DNA of 24,000 nucleotides from Escherichia coli (GTDB lineage Bacteria; Pseudomonadota; Gammaproteobacteria; Enterobacterales; Enterobacteriaceae): the NCBI RefSeq assembly GCF_904863375.1, contig NZ_LR890326.1, one strand, 5' to 3'. Shown piece by piece: positions 9,177 to 20,355 of the stretch. The first letter of the stretch is position 1. Each line of letters opens with the position of its first letter. The position numbers and the translations under genes were made by a program. The notes beneath the pieces were generated by a model. It had not been told where the DNA came from. It saw nothing but the letters and a program-made list of their open reading frames with translations, and ran no database searches.

Positions 9177-11180
9177 ATGTCCCGAAAAGACCTTGCCAAT
9201 GCGATTCGCGCACTCAGTATGGATGCGGTACAAAAAGCCAATTCTGGTCATCCCGGCGCGCCGATGGGCATGGCTGATATTGCCGAAGTGCTGTGGAACG
9301 ATTTTCTTAAACATAATCCTACCGACCCAACCTGGTATGATCGCGACCGCTTTATTCTTTCCAACGGTCACGCGTCGATGCTGCTCTACAGTTTGCTGCA
9401 TCTGACCGGTTACGACCTGCCGCTGGAAGAACTGAAGAACTTTCGTCAGTTGCATTCGAAAACCCCTGGTCACCCGGAAATCGGCTATACGCCTGGTGTT
9501 GAAACCACCACCGGTCCACTTGGACAAGGTTTGGCGAACGCCGTCGGGCTGGCGATAGCAGAGCGTACGCTGGCGGCGCAGTTTAACCAGCCAGATCATG
9601 AAATTGTCGATCACTTCACCTATGTGTTTATGGGCGACGGCTGCCTGATGGAAGGTATTTCCCACGAAGTCTGTTCGCTGGCGGGCACGCTGGGACTGGG
9701 CAAGCTGATTGGTTTTTACGATCACAACGGTATTTCCATCGACGGTGAAACCGAAGGCTGGTTTACCGACGATACAGCAAAACGTTTTGAAGCCTATCAC
9801 TGGCATGTGATCCACGAGATCGACGGCCACGATCCGCAGGCGGTGAAGGAAGCGATCCTTGAAGCGCAAAGCGTGAAAGATAAGCCGTCGCTGATTATCT
9901 GCCGTACGGTGATTGGCTTTGGTTCGCCGAATAAAGCAGGTAAGGAAGAGGCGCACGGCGCACCACTGGGGGAAGAAGAAGTGGCGCTGGCACGGCAAAA
10001 ACTGGGCTGGCACCATCCGCCATTTGAGATCCCTAAAGAGATTTATCACGCCTGGGATGCCCGCGAAAAAGGCGAAAAAGCGCAGCAGAGCTGGAATGAG
10101 AAGTTTGCCGCCTATAAAAAGGCTCATCCGCAACTGGCAGAAGAGTTTACCCGTCGGATGAGCGGTGGTTTACCGAAGGACTGGGAGAAAACGACTCAGA
10201 AATATATCAATGAGTTGCAGGCGAATCCGGCGAAAATCGCTACCCGTAAGGCTTCGCAAAATACGCTTAACGCTTACGGGCCTATGCTACCGGAGCTGCT
10301 CGGCGGTTCGGCGGATCTGGCTCCCAGCAACCTGACCATCTGGAAAGGTTCTGTTTCGCTGAAGGAAGATCCGGCGGGCAACTACATTCACTACGGGGTG
10401 CGTGAATTTGGCATGACCGCTATCGCCAACGGCATTGCGCACCACGGCGGCTTTGTGCCGTATACCGCGACGTTCCTGATGTTTGTTGAATACGCCCGTA
10501 ACGCCGCGCGGATGGCGGCACTGATGAAAGCGCGGCAGATTATGGTTTATACCCACGACTCAATTGGCCTGGGCGAAGATGGTCCTACGCACCAGGCTGT
10601 TGAGCAACTGGCCAGTCTGCGCTTAACGCCAAATTTCAGCACCTGGCGACCGTGCGATCAGGTGGAAGCAGCGGTGGGCTGGAAGCTGGCGGTTGAGCGC
10701 CACAACGGACCGACGGCACTGATCCTCTCCAGGCAGAATCTGGCCCAGGTGGAACGTACGCCGGATCAGGTTAAAGAGATTGCTCGTGGTGGTTATGTGT
10801 TGAAAGACAGCGGCGGTAAGCCAGATATTATTTTGATTGCCACCGGTTCAGAGATGGAAATCACCCTGCAAGCGGCAGAGAAATTAGCGGGAGAAGGTCG
10901 CAATGTACGCGTAGTTTCCCTGCCCTCGACCGATATTTTCGACGCCCAGGATGAGGAATATCGGGAGTCGGTGTTGCCTTCTAACGTTGCGGCTCGCGTA
11001 GCGGTGGAAGCAGGCATCGCCGATTACTGGTACAAGTATGTTGGTCTGAAAGGGGCAATTGTCGGGATGACGGGTTACGGGGAATCTGCTCCGGCGGATA
11101 AGCTGTTCCCGTTCTTTGGCTTTACCGCCGAGAATATTGTGGCAAAAGCGCATAAGGTGCTGGGAGTGAAAGGTGCCTGA
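9177..11180 (+). CDS. tktB: Transketolase 2
   Basis: Track ORF begins at 9114, but the family start [40 protein letters not shown] is at 9177 (667 aa), with CACGGAG ribosome binding sequence upstream; 19-bp gap after talA. Confidence 0.97.
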   Translation: MSRKDLANAIRALSMDAVQKANSGHPGAPMGMADIAEVLWNDFLKHNPTDPTWYDRDRFILSNGHASMLLYSLLHLTGYDLPLEELKNFRQLHSKTPGHPEIGYTPGVETTTGPLGQGLANAVGLAIAERTLAAQFNQPDHEIVDHFTYVFMGDGCLMEGISHEVCSLAGTLGLGKLIGFYDHNGISIDGETEGWFTDDTAKRFEAYHWHVIHEIDGHDPQAVKEAILEAQSVKDKPSLIICRTVIGFGSPNKAGKEEAHGAPLGEEEVALARQKLGWHHPPFEIPKEIYHAWDAREKGEKAQQSWNEKFAAYKKAHPQLAEEFTRRMSGGLPKDWEKTTQKYINELQANPAKIATRKASQNTLNAYGPMLPELLGGSADLAPSNLTIWKGSVSLKEDPAGNYIHYGVREFGMTAIANGIAHHGGFVPYTATFLMFVEYARNAARMAALMKARQIMVYTHDSIGLGEDGPTHQAVEQLASLRLTPNFSTWRPCDQVEAAVGWKLAVERHNGPTALILSRQNLAQVERTPDQVKEIARGGYVLKDSGGKPDIILIATGSEMEITLQAAEKLAGEGRNVRVVSLPSTDIFDAQDEEYRESVLPSNVAARVAVEAGIADYWYKYVGLKGAIVGMTGYGESAPADKLFPFFGFTAENIVAKAHKVLGVKGA

Positions 11181-11204
11181 TGGTGATCGCCGGATGCTGT
11201 ATGT

Positions 11205-11243
11205 TCCCCTAACCCTAACCCTCTCCCCAGAGGGGCGAGGAGA
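11205..11243. repeat. Box C-like GC-rich intergenic repeat (CCCCTAACCCTAACCCTCTCCCC-AGAGGGGCGAGG)
   Basis: Characteristic enterobacterial CCCTAACCCTCTCCCC...GGGGCGAGG inverted structure in the tktB/ypfG convergent gap. Confidence 0.65.
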
Positions 11244-11282
11244 CAGTCTGTGCGCTTTTTAGGGGCGCATCTGGGATTTTGT

Positions 11283-12326
11283 TTAACGGGTGATCCACAA
11301 CGTGGGCCAGGCGTCTGGCCCATGCCAGTTATCGCAGGTGGGTTCTGCGGCGTAACGCACCAGGCGAAAACGCTGACCGTCAAAGCGCCAGCGCGCCTGA
11401 ATGCCACAATCGCTTAATCCGCGCCCTTTCGCTAAGGTCACCAGTTCACGCGATTTCTCATCAAATGTTGCGTTCATCAGTTCCAGTTCATTCGTCTCCT
11501 GACCGTTGTTGAACGGCAAACGCAACCGAACCGGGCGCGAGGCTAGCGGCTTTTTACGCGACACAATCCATGCCAAATCAATGGTGTTATAGGCCCCTGC
11601 CTCACAGCTAATCATCATCAGTGCTTTATCATCGGTCAGCGCAGTGACATTCACCTCACGACGTAACGGATCAAGCGAGCAGCGCAGACCATTCATCCGC
11701 CAGTTTCCATAATCCAGCAAATCGTTGCGTTCTTCGAGTGAGAGTGGCGTCGGCGTTGGGTTAACCACCGCGACCTCTTTCAGCGCAGGCGCGGGCGGTA
11801 CGCTGAGCGGCGGTTCGTCCCCTTTCTTTATCCACGCGGTTTCACTGCCAACGCGCTTTTGCTGAGCATCAATAAACAACAACGCCGCTTTTAAGCCATT
11901 CAGAGAAATGGTCTGATTGCCATCGCGTAAGGTGATTGCCTTCCCTTCCTGAATCAGCTGCAAAAACGCGGTGATGGTTGCCGTATCATCGGTTACTAGT
12001 AACCATGGTGAAATCCGCCACTTGTCACCACTTAACGCCAACGGCTCACCATCTAACAGCAGCCGTGGCGCTATCTCCCCTTCAGACGCATCCGGCGACT
12101 TCAACCCGCCGCGCTCAATACGTAAAACGGCATCGGTATGCGCCCCGGCGCTGCGGCTCAGGGTCATCACCAGTCCGTTATGATCGCCCGTATTACGCGC
12201 CACGCAGAAGTTTTGGTTATTACAGGTGACCTGCCAGTCGGAAAACGCCCGTTGCGCTGGTGCCGCCCACACCAAAGACGTCGGCAACAAAGCGAAAAAA
12301 AAGAGAAGGAAAATGCGATAGCGCAT
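11283..12326 (-). CDS. ypfG: YpfG, DUF1176-family protein with predicted N-terminal signal peptide
   Basis: 347-aa ORF MRYRIFLLFFFALLPTSLVWAAPAQRAFSDW...; classic signal peptide ending in AxA-type motif. Confidence 0.92.
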   Translation of the reverse strand: MRYRIFLLFFFALLPTSLVWAAPAQRAFSDWQVTCNNQNFCVARNTGDHNGLVMTLSRSAGAHTDAVLRIERGGLKSPDASEGEIAPRLLLDGEPLALSGDKWRISPWLLVTDDTATITAFLQLIQEGKAITLRDGNQTISLNGLKAALLFIDAQQKRVGSETAWIKKGDEPPLSVPPAPALKEVAVVNPTPTPLSLEERNDLLDYGNWRMNGLRCSLDPLRREVNVTALTDDKALMMISCEAGAYNTIDLAWIVSRKKPLASRPVRLRLPFNNGQETNELELMNATFDEKSRELVTLAKGRGLSDCGIQARWRFDGQRFRLVRYAAEPTCDNWHGPDAWPTLWITR

Positions 12327-12391
12327 GGACGGTACGACCCCAGAAGTTCAAACAAACAGCACAAGTCGTATCTTCGTTGCGCAGGTAGCGC

Positions 12392-12419
12392 GGCTCAATC
12401 GGATTTGTCGGATTGAGCC
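12392..12419. repeat. Inverted repeat GGCTCAATC-10nt-GATTGAGCC in the nudK/ypfG gap (possible nudK terminator hairpin)
   Basis: Perfect 9-bp stem with 10-nt loop; second AT-rich inverted repeat AATAATA/TATTATT at 12420-12443. Confidence 0.6.
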
Positions 12420-12451
12420 AATAATAAACAACGAAATATTATTGTTATTTT

Positions 12452-13027
12452 TCAGTCCATTAAATGTGACGTTTGCAAATAGTTAAGCAATAACACCGTC
12501 TTACCGTCACGTATCTCGCCGGTTTTAATCATCTCCAGCGCCTGGCTGAACGGCAGCTCAAGCACTTCAATATCTTCATCTTCGACACCACCACCGGCGT
12601 TAGCGCGCTGGCTGTCACTGTATTCGGCGATAAAAAAGTGGATTAGCTCAGTCACACCGCCAGGCGACATATACAGTTCAAATAATTTGCGCACTTCGCC
12701 CACTTCATAGCCCGTCTCTTCAATTGCTTCTTTGCGAATGCACACTTCCGGTTCGTCGTTATCCAGCAGCCCGGCGCAGGTTTCAATCAGCTGCCCGCTT
12801 TCATTGCCATTAACCCAGGTAGCGACACGGAACTGACGAATCAGAACCACGGTCTTTTTCTTCGCGTTGTACAGGAGGATCGTCGCACCATTACCGCGAT
12901 CGTAAACTTCACGTTTATGACGGATAACTTCGCCATCTTTGCGCGTGAGATCGTAAGTAATGTTGTGCAGGGTGAAATAGTTATCGGAGAGAATTTTGTC
13001 TTTAATGAGGGTGATTTGTTGCGTCAT
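12452..13027 (-). CDS. nudK: Nudix hydrolase NudK (GDP-mannose pyrophosphatase)
   Basis: Nudix box-like [27 protein letters not shown]; start [18 protein letters not shown] at 13027 (191 aa). The track ORF extends 9 codons upstream to 13054. Confidence 0.94.
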   Translation of the reverse strand: MTQQITLIKDKILSDNYFTLHNITYDLTRKDGEVIRHKREVYDRGNGATILLYNAKKKTVVLIRQFRVATWVNGNESGQLIETCAGLLDNDEPEVCIRKEAIEETGYEVGEVRKLFELYMSPGGVTELIHFFIAEYSDSQRANAGGGVEDEDIEVLELPFSQALEMIKTGEIRDGKTVLLLNYLQTSHLMD

Positions 13028-13094
13028 ACCGACTCCACAGCGCGAAATGAACAATTATCTTACGCTGTGAAGTCGGGTTTGTCTGCGCAGGCTA

Positions 13095-15074
13095 TCAGTG
13101 AGATTTGACTGATTTTACCCCCAGCCAGTCAATAATCCCCTGTGCCGCATGACGTCCTTCTGCCATTGCGGTAACCACCAGATCCGCACCACGCACGGCG
13201 TCACCACCAGCGAAGATTTTCGGATTGGTGGTCTGGTAACGGTACTGGCTTTCCACATCCGCGATGATGCGACCCCATTTGTCTACCGTTACACCGTGCG
13301 ACTCCAGCCACGGCATCCCGTGCGGATTGAAGCCAAACGCCATAATCACCGCGTCGGCTGGCATGACAAATTCACTGCCTTCCACCGGCACTGGACGCCG
13401 ACGCCCCTGGGCATCCGGCTCGCCAAGACGCGTGCGCAGGAAACGAATTCCGCAAACGTGACCTTGCTCATTCAGCTCAAGCGCCACCGGCTGGACGTTA
13501 AATTCAAAGTTGGCCCCCTCTTCGCGGGCGTTCTTCACCTCTTTCTTCGAGCCTGGCATGTTAGCTTCATCACGACGATAAGCGCAGGTGACGTTACTCG
13601 CGCCGTGGCGCAGCGCGGTACGCACACAGTCCATCGCGGTGTCGCCGCCGCCCAGTACCACGACGTTGAGTCCGGCGGTATTGATAAACGGCTCTTCCGG
13701 TAGCTCTTCGAGTCCCATCACCTGTTTAGTGTTGGCGATGAGGAACGGCAGGGCGTCATAAACGCCCGGCGCATCTTCATTGGGTAAACCCGCTTTCATG
13801 GAACGGTAAGTGCCTACGCCAACGAAGACCGCGTCGTATTGTTCCAAAAGCGAATCCAAAGAGACATCTTTACCCACTTCACAATTGAGTTCGAAGTGAA
13901 TCCCCATCGCGCTGAAGATTTCCCGACGGCGTGCCAGCAGGGATTTATCCAGTTTGAAAGAAGGAATGCCGAAAGTGAGCAAGCCACCGATTTCTGGATG
14001 GCGATCGTACACCGTCACCTCTACGCCATTGCGGGTCAGAACATCCGCACAGGCCAGCCCTGCCGGACCCGCACCGATAATCGCCACTCGCTTGTCCACT
14101 TTGGTGACATGACTTAAGTCAGGACGCCAACCTTTCGCCAACGCCTGATCTGAAATGTAGCGTTCAATGTTGCCGATAGTTACTGCGCCGTGCTCATCGC
14201 GAATAGTACAGGCACCTTCACACAAACGGTCTTGCGGGCAAACGCGTCCGGTAATTTCCGGCAGGGTGTTGGTCTGGTGAGAAAGCTCGACGGCGGCGTC
14301 GATGTTTCCTGCTTTCACCAGTTCAATCCACTGCGGTATATGGTTATGCAGCGGGCAGGTCCATTCACAAACGCTGTGCTCGCCACACTTAAGGCAACGC
14401 GAGGCTTCCCGTTGTGCCTGATCGGCACGGAATGGCAGATAAATTTCATCAAAACCGGTTTTGCGCGCTTCAATCGCCAGTTTGTCCGGCTCGCCACGCG
14501 CGGGCGTTGCCTGCATTTGCTCGACTTTACTCATTACCGGCATTTCTTGTGCCGCGGTACTGGCATGCCACGGTTGATGTTCCTGACGTGCGGTGCGTAA
14601 GCGGCGGGATTTCGCCATGCCGGAGAGTGCGGCGTCAGTGACCAGTTGCAGCGCGTCCGCCGGGCAATTTTCGACACAGGCAGGACCGTTTTCGCGCCCT
14701 GCACAAAGGTCGCATTTATGCGCCGTGGCTTTAACTTTGCCAGCCGCAACGGGTGTCAGGACGATTTGCATCGTACCAAATGGACAGGCCACCACGCAGG
14801 ATTTACAGCCAATACACTTTTGCTGATTGACCTGAATGCTGTCATCAACGTGGCTGATTGCGCCATTAGGGCAGCTACGGGCGCAGGGCGCATCTTCACA
14901 ATGGTGACAGGTCACTGCACTACGTTGCTGCTGATGTTTGATAACCGTAATTCGGGGATGAAAATGGCGTTGGCTCAGGACATGTTGCTCGTCATTGTGA
15001 GCCATGACACAGGCGATTTCACAAGCATGACAACCCAGACATTGCTGACTGTTGGCCATAATAAAACGATTCAT
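13095..15074 (-). CDS. aegA: AegA, predicted Fe-S oxidoreductase (N-terminal 4Fe-4S ferredoxin domains fused to a GltD-like FAD/NAD(P) oxidoreductase)
   Basis: 659-aa ORF with CLGCHACEIACV, CEDAPCARSCP, CIGCKSCVVACPFG and CDLCAGRENGPACVENCP clusters, then GAGPAGLACADVL and GGGDTAMDC nucleotide-binding motifs. Confidence 0.95.
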   Translation of the reverse strand: MNRFIMANSQQCLGCHACEIACVMAHNDEQHVLSQRHFHPRITVIKHQQQRSAVTCHHCEDAPCARSCPNGAISHVDDSIQVNQQKCIGCKSCVVACPFGTMQIVLTPVAAGKVKATAHKCDLCAGRENGPACVENCPADALQLVTDAALSGMAKSRRLRTARQEHQPWHASTAAQEMPVMSKVEQMQATPARGEPDKLAIEARKTGFDEIYLPFRADQAQREASRCLKCGEHSVCEWTCPLHNHIPQWIELVKAGNIDAAVELSHQTNTLPEITGRVCPQDRLCEGACTIRDEHGAVTIGNIERYISDQALAKGWRPDLSHVTKVDKRVAIIGAGPAGLACADVLTRNGVEVTVYDRHPEIGGLLTFGIPSFKLDKSLLARRREIFSAMGIHFELNCEVGKDVSLDSLLEQYDAVFVGVGTYRSMKAGLPNEDAPGVYDALPFLIANTKQVMGLEELPEEPFINTAGLNVVVLGGGDTAMDCVRTALRHGASNVTCAYRRDEANMPGSKKEVKNAREEGANFEFNVQPVALELNEQGHVCGIRFLRTRLGEPDAQGRRRPVPVEGSEFVMPADAVIMAFGFNPHGMPWLESHGVTVDKWGRIIADVESQYRYQTTNPKIFAGGDAVRGADLVVTAMAEGRHAAQGIIDWLGVKSVKSH

Positions 15075-15279
15075 AACGACCTTCTTTTTTGGTTGTAAAA
15101 ACCTTATTCTTTATATGAGTGTTGTTATTACCCGACTTACAGGGGAATCGGCAATGTTCATGTGCCCAGAATAAGTAACTATTTCGCTATAAACTGTGGC
15201 AGATCAAATAATCCCATCACTGACTAAATTGCGTTTCAGCGAACTGGAACATTAATGATTTTTTGTGGAGAAGACGCGT

Positions 15280-16980
15280 GTGATTGTTAAACGACCCGTC
15301 TCGGCCAGTCTGGCCCGGGCCTTTTTTTACATTGTGCTGCTGTCGATTCTTTCCACGGGTATCGCTCTGCTAACTCTGGCGAGCAGTTTGCGCGACGCTG
15401 AGGCTATCAATATTGCCGGATCGCTGCGTATGCAGAGTTACCGCCTGGGCTACGATTTGCAAAGTGGCAGTCCACAACTCAATGCACATCGCCAGTTATT
15501 TCAGCAGGCACTGCATTCACCGGTATTAACCAATCTCAACGTCTGGTATGTGCCAGAGGCAGTAAAAACCCGCTATGCGCATCTGAATGCCAACTGGCTG
15601 GAGATGAATAATCGGCTCAGCAAGGGCGACTTGCCGTGGTATCAGGCCAATATTAATAATTATGTTAATCAGATAGACCTGTTCGTGCTGGCTTTACAGC
15701 ACTACGCTGAACGCAAAATGCTGCTGGTGGTGGCGATTTCCCTGGCTGGCGGCATCGGTATTTTCACGCTGGTCTTTTTTACTTTGCGCCGCATACGCCA
15801 TCAGGTGGTTGCCCCGCTGAATCAGCTGGTTACCGCCAGTCAGCGTATTGAACACGGGCAGTTCGACTCGCCGCCGCTGGATACCAGCCTGCCGAATGAG
15901 CTTGGCCTGCTTGCAAAAACCTTTAACCAGATGTCGAGCGAGCTGCATAAATTGTACCGTTCGCTGGAGGCGTCAGTAGAAGAAAAGACCCGCGATCTCC
16001 ACGAGGCCAAGCGTCGTCTGGAGGTGTTGTATCAGTGTTCGCAGGCGCTAAACACCAGCCAGATTGATGTGCATTGTTTCCGCCATATTTTGCAGATTGT
16101 TCGCGACAATGAAGCGGCTGAATATCTGGAGTTAAATGTCGGTGACAACTGGCGGATTAGCGAAGGGCAGCCAAACCCGGAATTGCCGATGCAGATTTTA
16201 CCGGTGACAATGCAAGAGACGGTTTACGGCGAACTGCACTGGCAAAATAGTCACGTTTCATCATCAGAACCGCTGCTTAACAGCGTTTCGTCGATGCTGG
16301 GACGCGGTTTGTACTTTAATCAGGCGCAGAAGCATTTTCAGCAGTTATTGTTGATGGAAGAACGTGCGACCATCGCCCGCGAATTGCACGACTCGCTGGC
16401 TCAGGTACTTTCTTACTTACGTATCCAGTTGACGTTACTGAAGCGTTCGATACCGGAAGATAATGCCACCGCACAAAGTATCATGGCCGATTTTTCCCAG
16501 GCGTTGAATGATGCTTATCGGCAGTTACGCGAGCTGTTAACTACTTTCCGCCTGACGCTGCAGCAGGCGGATCTCCCCTCCGCGTTGAGGGAAATGCTGG
16601 ATACGTTACAAAATCAAACCAGCGCCAAACTGACCCTCGACTGCCGTCTGCCAACCCTGGCGCTGGATGCGCAAATGCAGGTGCATTTGTTGCAAATTAT
16701 TCGCGAAGCGGTGCTGAATGCGATGAAGCACGCCAACGCCAGCGAAATCGCCGTTAGCTGCGTCACCGCGCCGGATGGCAATCACACAGTCTATATTCGC
16801 GACAACGGGATTGGCATCGGTGAACCGAAAGAACCCGAAGGCCATTATGGTCTGAATATCATGCGCGAACGCGCGGAAAGATTGGGTGGGACGCTGACTT
16901 TTTCGCAACCTTCCGGCGGCGGCACGTTAGTGAGTATTAGCTTTCGCTCTGCGGAGGGTGAGGAAAGTCAGCTGATGTAA
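15280..16980 (+). CDS. narQ: Nitrate/nitrite sensor histidine kinase NarQ
   Basis: Family start at GTG 15280 (MIVKRPVSASLARAFFYIVLLSIL..., 566 aa), with GGAG at 15267-15270; P-box, HAMP, LMEERATIARELHDSLAQ H-box and N/G boxes present. The track starts 5 codons earlier at another GTG. Confidence 0.96.
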   Translation: MIVKRPVSASLARAFFYIVLLSILSTGIALLTLASSLRDAEAINIAGSLRMQSYRLGYDLQSGSPQLNAHRQLFQQALHSPVLTNLNVWYVPEAVKTRYAHLNANWLEMNNRLSKGDLPWYQANINNYVNQIDLFVLALQHYAERKMLLVVAISLAGGIGIFTLVFFTLRRIRHQVVAPLNQLVTASQRIEHGQFDSPPLDTSLPNELGLLAKTFNQMSSELHKLYRSLEASVEEKTRDLHEAKRRLEVLYQCSQALNTSQIDVHCFRHILQIVRDNEAAEYLELNVGDNWRISEGQPNPELPMQILPVTMQETVYGELHWQNSHVSSSEPLLNSVSSMLGRGLYFNQAQKHFQQLLLMEERATIARELHDSLAQVLSYLRIQLTLLKRSIPEDNATAQSIMADFSQALNDAYRQLRELLTTFRLTLQQADLPSALREMLDTLQNQTSAKLTLDCRLPTLALDAQMQVHLLQIIREAVLNAMKHANASEIAVSCVTAPDGNHTVYIRDNGIGIGEPKEPEGHYGLNIMRERAERLGGTLTFSQPSGGGTLVSISFRSAEGEESQLM

Positions 16981-17055
16981 TGCCTCTTATTGACCAAAGA
17001 ATAGTGGCACTTAAGGTTCAGTATAAAAGGGCATGATAATTTACATTAACTCCTT

Positions 17056-17073
17056 TTTTTCTCCACGATTGGC
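17056..17073 (+). promoter_or_regulatory. BaeR-box-like motif upstream of acrD
   Basis: TTTTTCTCCACGATTGGC closely matches the described BaeR box TTTTTCTCCATNATTGGC; 70 bp upstream of acrD, a known BaeR target. Confidence 0.75.
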
Positions 17074-17143
17074 TCGTACCTTGCCGCTACAGTGAAGCAA
17101 GTCAAGCCTACAACGATACGCAGAAACACGAGGTCCTCTTTTA

Positions 17144-20100
17144 ATGGCGAATTTCTTTATTGATCGCCCCATTTTTGCCTGGGTGCTGGCAATCCTGTTG
17201 TGTCTGACAGGTACCCTGGCGATTTTTTCATTGCCCGTTGAACAATACCCCGATCTCGCGCCACCGAATGTGCGAGTGACCGCTAACTATCCCGGCGCAT
17301 CGGCCCAGACGCTGGAAAACACCGTGACCCAGGTTATCGAGCAAAATATGACCGGCCTCGATAATCTCATGTATATGTCGTCTCAGAGCAGTGGCACCGG
17401 CCAGGCATCTGTCACTTTAAGTTTTAAAGCAGGCACCGATCCGGACGAAGCCGTGCAGCAAGTACAAAACCAGCTGCAATCAGCCATGCGAAAGTTACCG
17501 CAGGCGGTGCAAAATCAGGGCGTGACGGTGCGTAAAACCGGCGATACCAATATTCTGACCATTGCCTTCGTCTCTACCGATGGTTCGATGGATAAACAGG
17601 ATATTGCCGATTACGTTGCCAGTAATATTCAGGATCCGTTAAGCCGCGTGAATGGCGTCGGGGATATCGATGCCTATGGTTCGCAATATTCCATGCGTAT
17701 CTGGCTGGACCCGGCGAAACTCAACAGTTTCCAGATGACGGCTAAAGATGTCACTGATGCCATTGAGTCACAGAACGCGCAGATTGCGGTTGGGCAACTT
17801 GGTGGTACGCCTTCCGTCGATAAGCAGGCGCTCAACGCCACCATTAACGCCCAGTCACTGCTACAAACACCAGAACAGTTCCGCGATATCACCTTGCGGG
17901 TGAATCAGGACGGCTCAGAGGTAAGGCTGGGCGATGTCGCCACCATCGAAATGGGGGCGGAAAAATACGATTATCTTAGCCGCTTCAATGGTATGCCAGC
18001 CTCCGGGCTGGGGGTAAAACTGGCCTCCGGCGCGAACGAAATGGCGACAGCGGAGCTGGTGCTCAATCGTCTCGACGAGCTGGCGCAGTATTTCCCGCAC
18101 GGACTGGAATACAAGGTGGCGTATGAAACCACCTCGTTTGTTAAAGCCTCCATTGAAGACGTGGTGAAAACGCTGCTGGAAGCTATCGCTCTGGTTTTCC
18201 TCGTTATGTATCTGTTCCTGCAAAACTTCCGCGCCACGCTGATACCCACTATCGCCGTGCCGGTGGTGTTGATGGGAACCTTCTCCGTACTTTATGCCTT
18301 CGGTTACAGCGTCAACACCTTAACCATGTTCGCGATGGTGCTGGCGATCGGTCTGCTGGTGGATGACGCCATCGTGGTGGTGGAAAACGTCGAACGTATT
18401 ATGAGTGAGGAAGGACTCACTCCTCGCGAAGCCACACGTAAATCGATGGGGCAGATCCAGGGGGCACTGGTCGGGATTGCGATGGTGCTTTCGGCGGTAT
18501 TTGTACCAATGGCCTTCTTCGGCGGCACCACCGGTGCCATCTATCGCCAGTTCTCTATTACCATTGTTGCAGCGATGGTGCTGTCAGTACTGGTAGCGAT
18601 GATCCTCACTCCGGCTCTGTGTGCCACGCTACTTAAGCCACTGAAAAAAGGTGAGCATCACGGGCAAAAAGGCTTTTTTGCCTGGTTTAACCAGATGTTT
18701 AACCGCAACGCCGAACGCTACGAAAAAGGGGTGGCGAAAATTCTCCACCGTAGCCTGCGCTGGATTGTGATTTATGTCCTGCTGCTTGGCGGCATGGTGT
18801 TCCTGTTCCTGCGTTTGCCGACGTCGTTCTTGCCACTGGAAGACCGTGGCATGTTTACTACCTCGGTACAGTTGCCCAGCGGTTCAACCCAACAACAGAC
18901 CCTGAAAGTCGTTGAGCAAATCGAGAAATACTACTTCACCCATGAAAAAGACAACATCATGTCGGTGTTTGCCACTGTTGGTTCTGGCCCTGGGGGTAAC
19001 GGGCAAAACGTGGCGAGAATGTTTATCCGCCTGAAAGACTGGAGCGAACGCGACAGTAAGACCGGCACCTCGTTTGCCATTATCGAGCGTGCAACGAAGG
19101 CGTTTAACAAGATTAAAGAAGCTCGCGTTATCGCCAGCAGCCCGCCAGCAATTAGCGGTCTTGGTAGTTCTGCGGGTTTTGATATGGAGTTGCAGGACCA
19201 CGCTGGAGCGGGTCACGATGCGCTGATGGCAGCACGTAACCAGTTGCTGGCGCTGGCGGCGGAAAACCCGGAGCTAACCCGTGTGCGCCATAACGGCCTC
19301 GACGACAGTCCGCAGTTGCAGATTGATATCGACCAGCGTAAAGCTCAGGCGCTGGGCGTTGCTATCGACGATATTAACGACACACTGCAAACCGCCTGGG
19401 GTTCGAGCTATGTGAATGACTTTATGGATCGCGGTCGCGTGAAGAAAGTCTATGTGCAGGCAGCTGCGCCGTATCGCATGCTGCCAGATGACATCAATCT
19501 CTGGTATGTCCGAAATAAAGATGGCGGCATGGTGCCCTTCTCTGCTTTCGCGACCTCACGCTGGGAGACAGGCTCGCCGCGTCTGGAACGCTATAACGGT
19601 TATTCTGCGGTAGAGATTGTAGGGGAAGCCGCACCGGGGGTCAGTACCGGTACGGCGATGGATATTATGGAATCGTTAGTGAAGCAGTTGCCAAACGGCT
19701 TTGGTCTGGAGTGGACGGCGATGTCGTATCAGGAGCGGCTTTCCGGCGCGCAGGCTCCGGCGCTGTACGCCATTTCCTTGCTGGTGGTATTCCTGTGTCT
19801 TGCGGCGTTGTATGAAAGCTGGTCGGTGCCGTTCTCGGTAATGCTGGTCGTGCCGCTGGGGGTTATCGGCGCGCTGCTGGCAACCTGGATGCGCGGGCTG
19901 GAAAACGACGTTTACTTCCAGGTGGGCCTGTTAACGGTCATTGGTTTATCGGCGAAAAACGCCATCCTGATCGTCGAGTTTGCTAACGAGATGAACCAAA
20001 AAGGCCACGACCTGTTTGAAGCGACGCTCCACGCCTGCCGTCAGCGTTTACGCCCGATTCTGATGACTTCGCTGGCATTTATCTTCGGCGTATTGCCAAT

Positions 20101-20257
20101 GGCAACCAGCACGGGTGCCGGTTCCGGTGGTCAGCATGCGGTGGGTACTGGCGTAATGGGCGGGATGATTTCGGCCACTATTCTGGCTATTTACTTCGTG
20201 CCGCTGTTCTTTGTGCTGGTGCGCCGCCGCTTCCCGCTGAAGCCGCGCCCGGAATAA
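17144..20257 (+). CDS. acrD: RND-family aminoglycoside/multidrug efflux pump AcrD
   Basis: 1037-aa [44 protein letters not shown]... typical of AcrB/AcrD; ribosome binding sequence ACGAGG upstream. Confidence 0.97.
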   Translation: MANFFIDRPIFAWVLAILLCLTGTLAIFSLPVEQYPDLAPPNVRVTANYPGASAQTLENTVTQVIEQNMTGLDNLMYMSSQSSGTGQASVTLSFKAGTDPDEAVQQVQNQLQSAMRKLPQAVQNQGVTVRKTGDTNILTIAFVSTDGSMDKQDIADYVASNIQDPLSRVNGVGDIDAYGSQYSMRIWLDPAKLNSFQMTAKDVTDAIESQNAQIAVGQLGGTPSVDKQALNATINAQSLLQTPEQFRDITLRVNQDGSEVRLGDVATIEMGAEKYDYLSRFNGMPASGLGVKLASGANEMATAELVLNRLDELAQYFPHGLEYKVAYETTSFVKASIEDVVKTLLEAIALVFLVMYLFLQNFRATLIPTIAVPVVLMGTFSVLYAFGYSVNTLTMFAMVLAIGLLVDDAIVVVENVERIMSEEGLTPREATRKSMGQIQGALVGIAMVLSAVFVPMAFFGGTTGAIYRQFSITIVAAMVLSVLVAMILTPALCATLLKPLKKGEHHGQKGFFAWFNQMFNRNAERYEKGVAKILHRSLRWIVIYVLLLGGMVFLFLRLPTSFLPLEDRGMFTTSVQLPSGSTQQQTLKVVEQIEKYYFTHEKDNIMSVFATVGSGPGGNGQNVARMFIRLKDWSERDSKTGTSFAIIERATKAFNKIKEARVIASSPPAISGLGSSAGFDMELQDHAGAGHDALMAARNQLLALAAENPELTRVRHNGLDDSPQLQIDIDQRKAQALGVAIDDINDTLQTAWGSSYVNDFMDRGRVKKVYVQAAAPYRMLPDDINLWYVRNKDGGMVPFSAFATSRWETGSPRLERYNGYSAVEIVGEAAPGVSTGTAMDIMESLVKQLPNGFGLEWTAMSYQERLSGAQAPALYAISLLVVFLCLAALYESWSVPFSVMLVVPLGVIGALLATWMRGLENDVYFQVGLLTVIGLSAKNAILIVEFANEMNQKGHDLFEATLHACRQRLRPILMTSLAFIFGVLPMATSTGAGSGGQHAVGTGVMGGMISATILAIYFVPLFFVLVRRRFPLKPRPE

Positions 20258-20263
20258 GCAATA

Positions 20264-20295
20264 AAAAAGGCGACATGCTAATGTGTCGCCTTTTT
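20264..20295. terminator. Bidirectional rho-independent terminator (AAAAAGGCGACA-TGCTAATG-TGTCGCCTTTTT)
   Basis: Perfect GGCGACA/TGTCGCC stem flanked by A-tract and T-tract immediately after acrD stop. Confidence 0.93.
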
Positions 20296-20308
20296 CAACT
20301 TTCCGATT

Positions 20309-20331
20309 AAGAACCTGCTCAGCGGGTTCTT
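20309..20331 (-). terminator. Inverted repeat AAGAACC-T-GCT-C-AGC-G-GGTTCTT downstream of ypfM; hairpin candidate
   Basis: Near-perfect 23-nt inverted repeat in the 3' region of ypfM, preceding the 20264-20295 terminator on the minus strand. Confidence 0.5.
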
Positions 20332-20355
20332 GCTGTTTGTACTTTGTCTCAGGAA

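Noticed and set aside
8931-10133. 400-aa minus-strand ORF antisense to talA/tktB (also a 304-aa plus ORF at 5912..6826 antisense to maeB)
   Set aside because: Shadow frames of highly expressed, codon-biased genes; low-complexity, domain-free translations and opposite strand to confidently identified enzymes.
11205-11225. Telomere-like CCCTAACCCTAACCCT string
   Set aside because: Only about two and a half units, embedded in a Box C-like intergenic repeat; no telomeric role expected in this genome.
13149-15098. Several plus-strand ORFs (13149..13703, 13839..14117, 14190..14600, 14646..15098)
   Set aside because: All lie antisense within the aegA coding sequence; translations show no recognisable domain.
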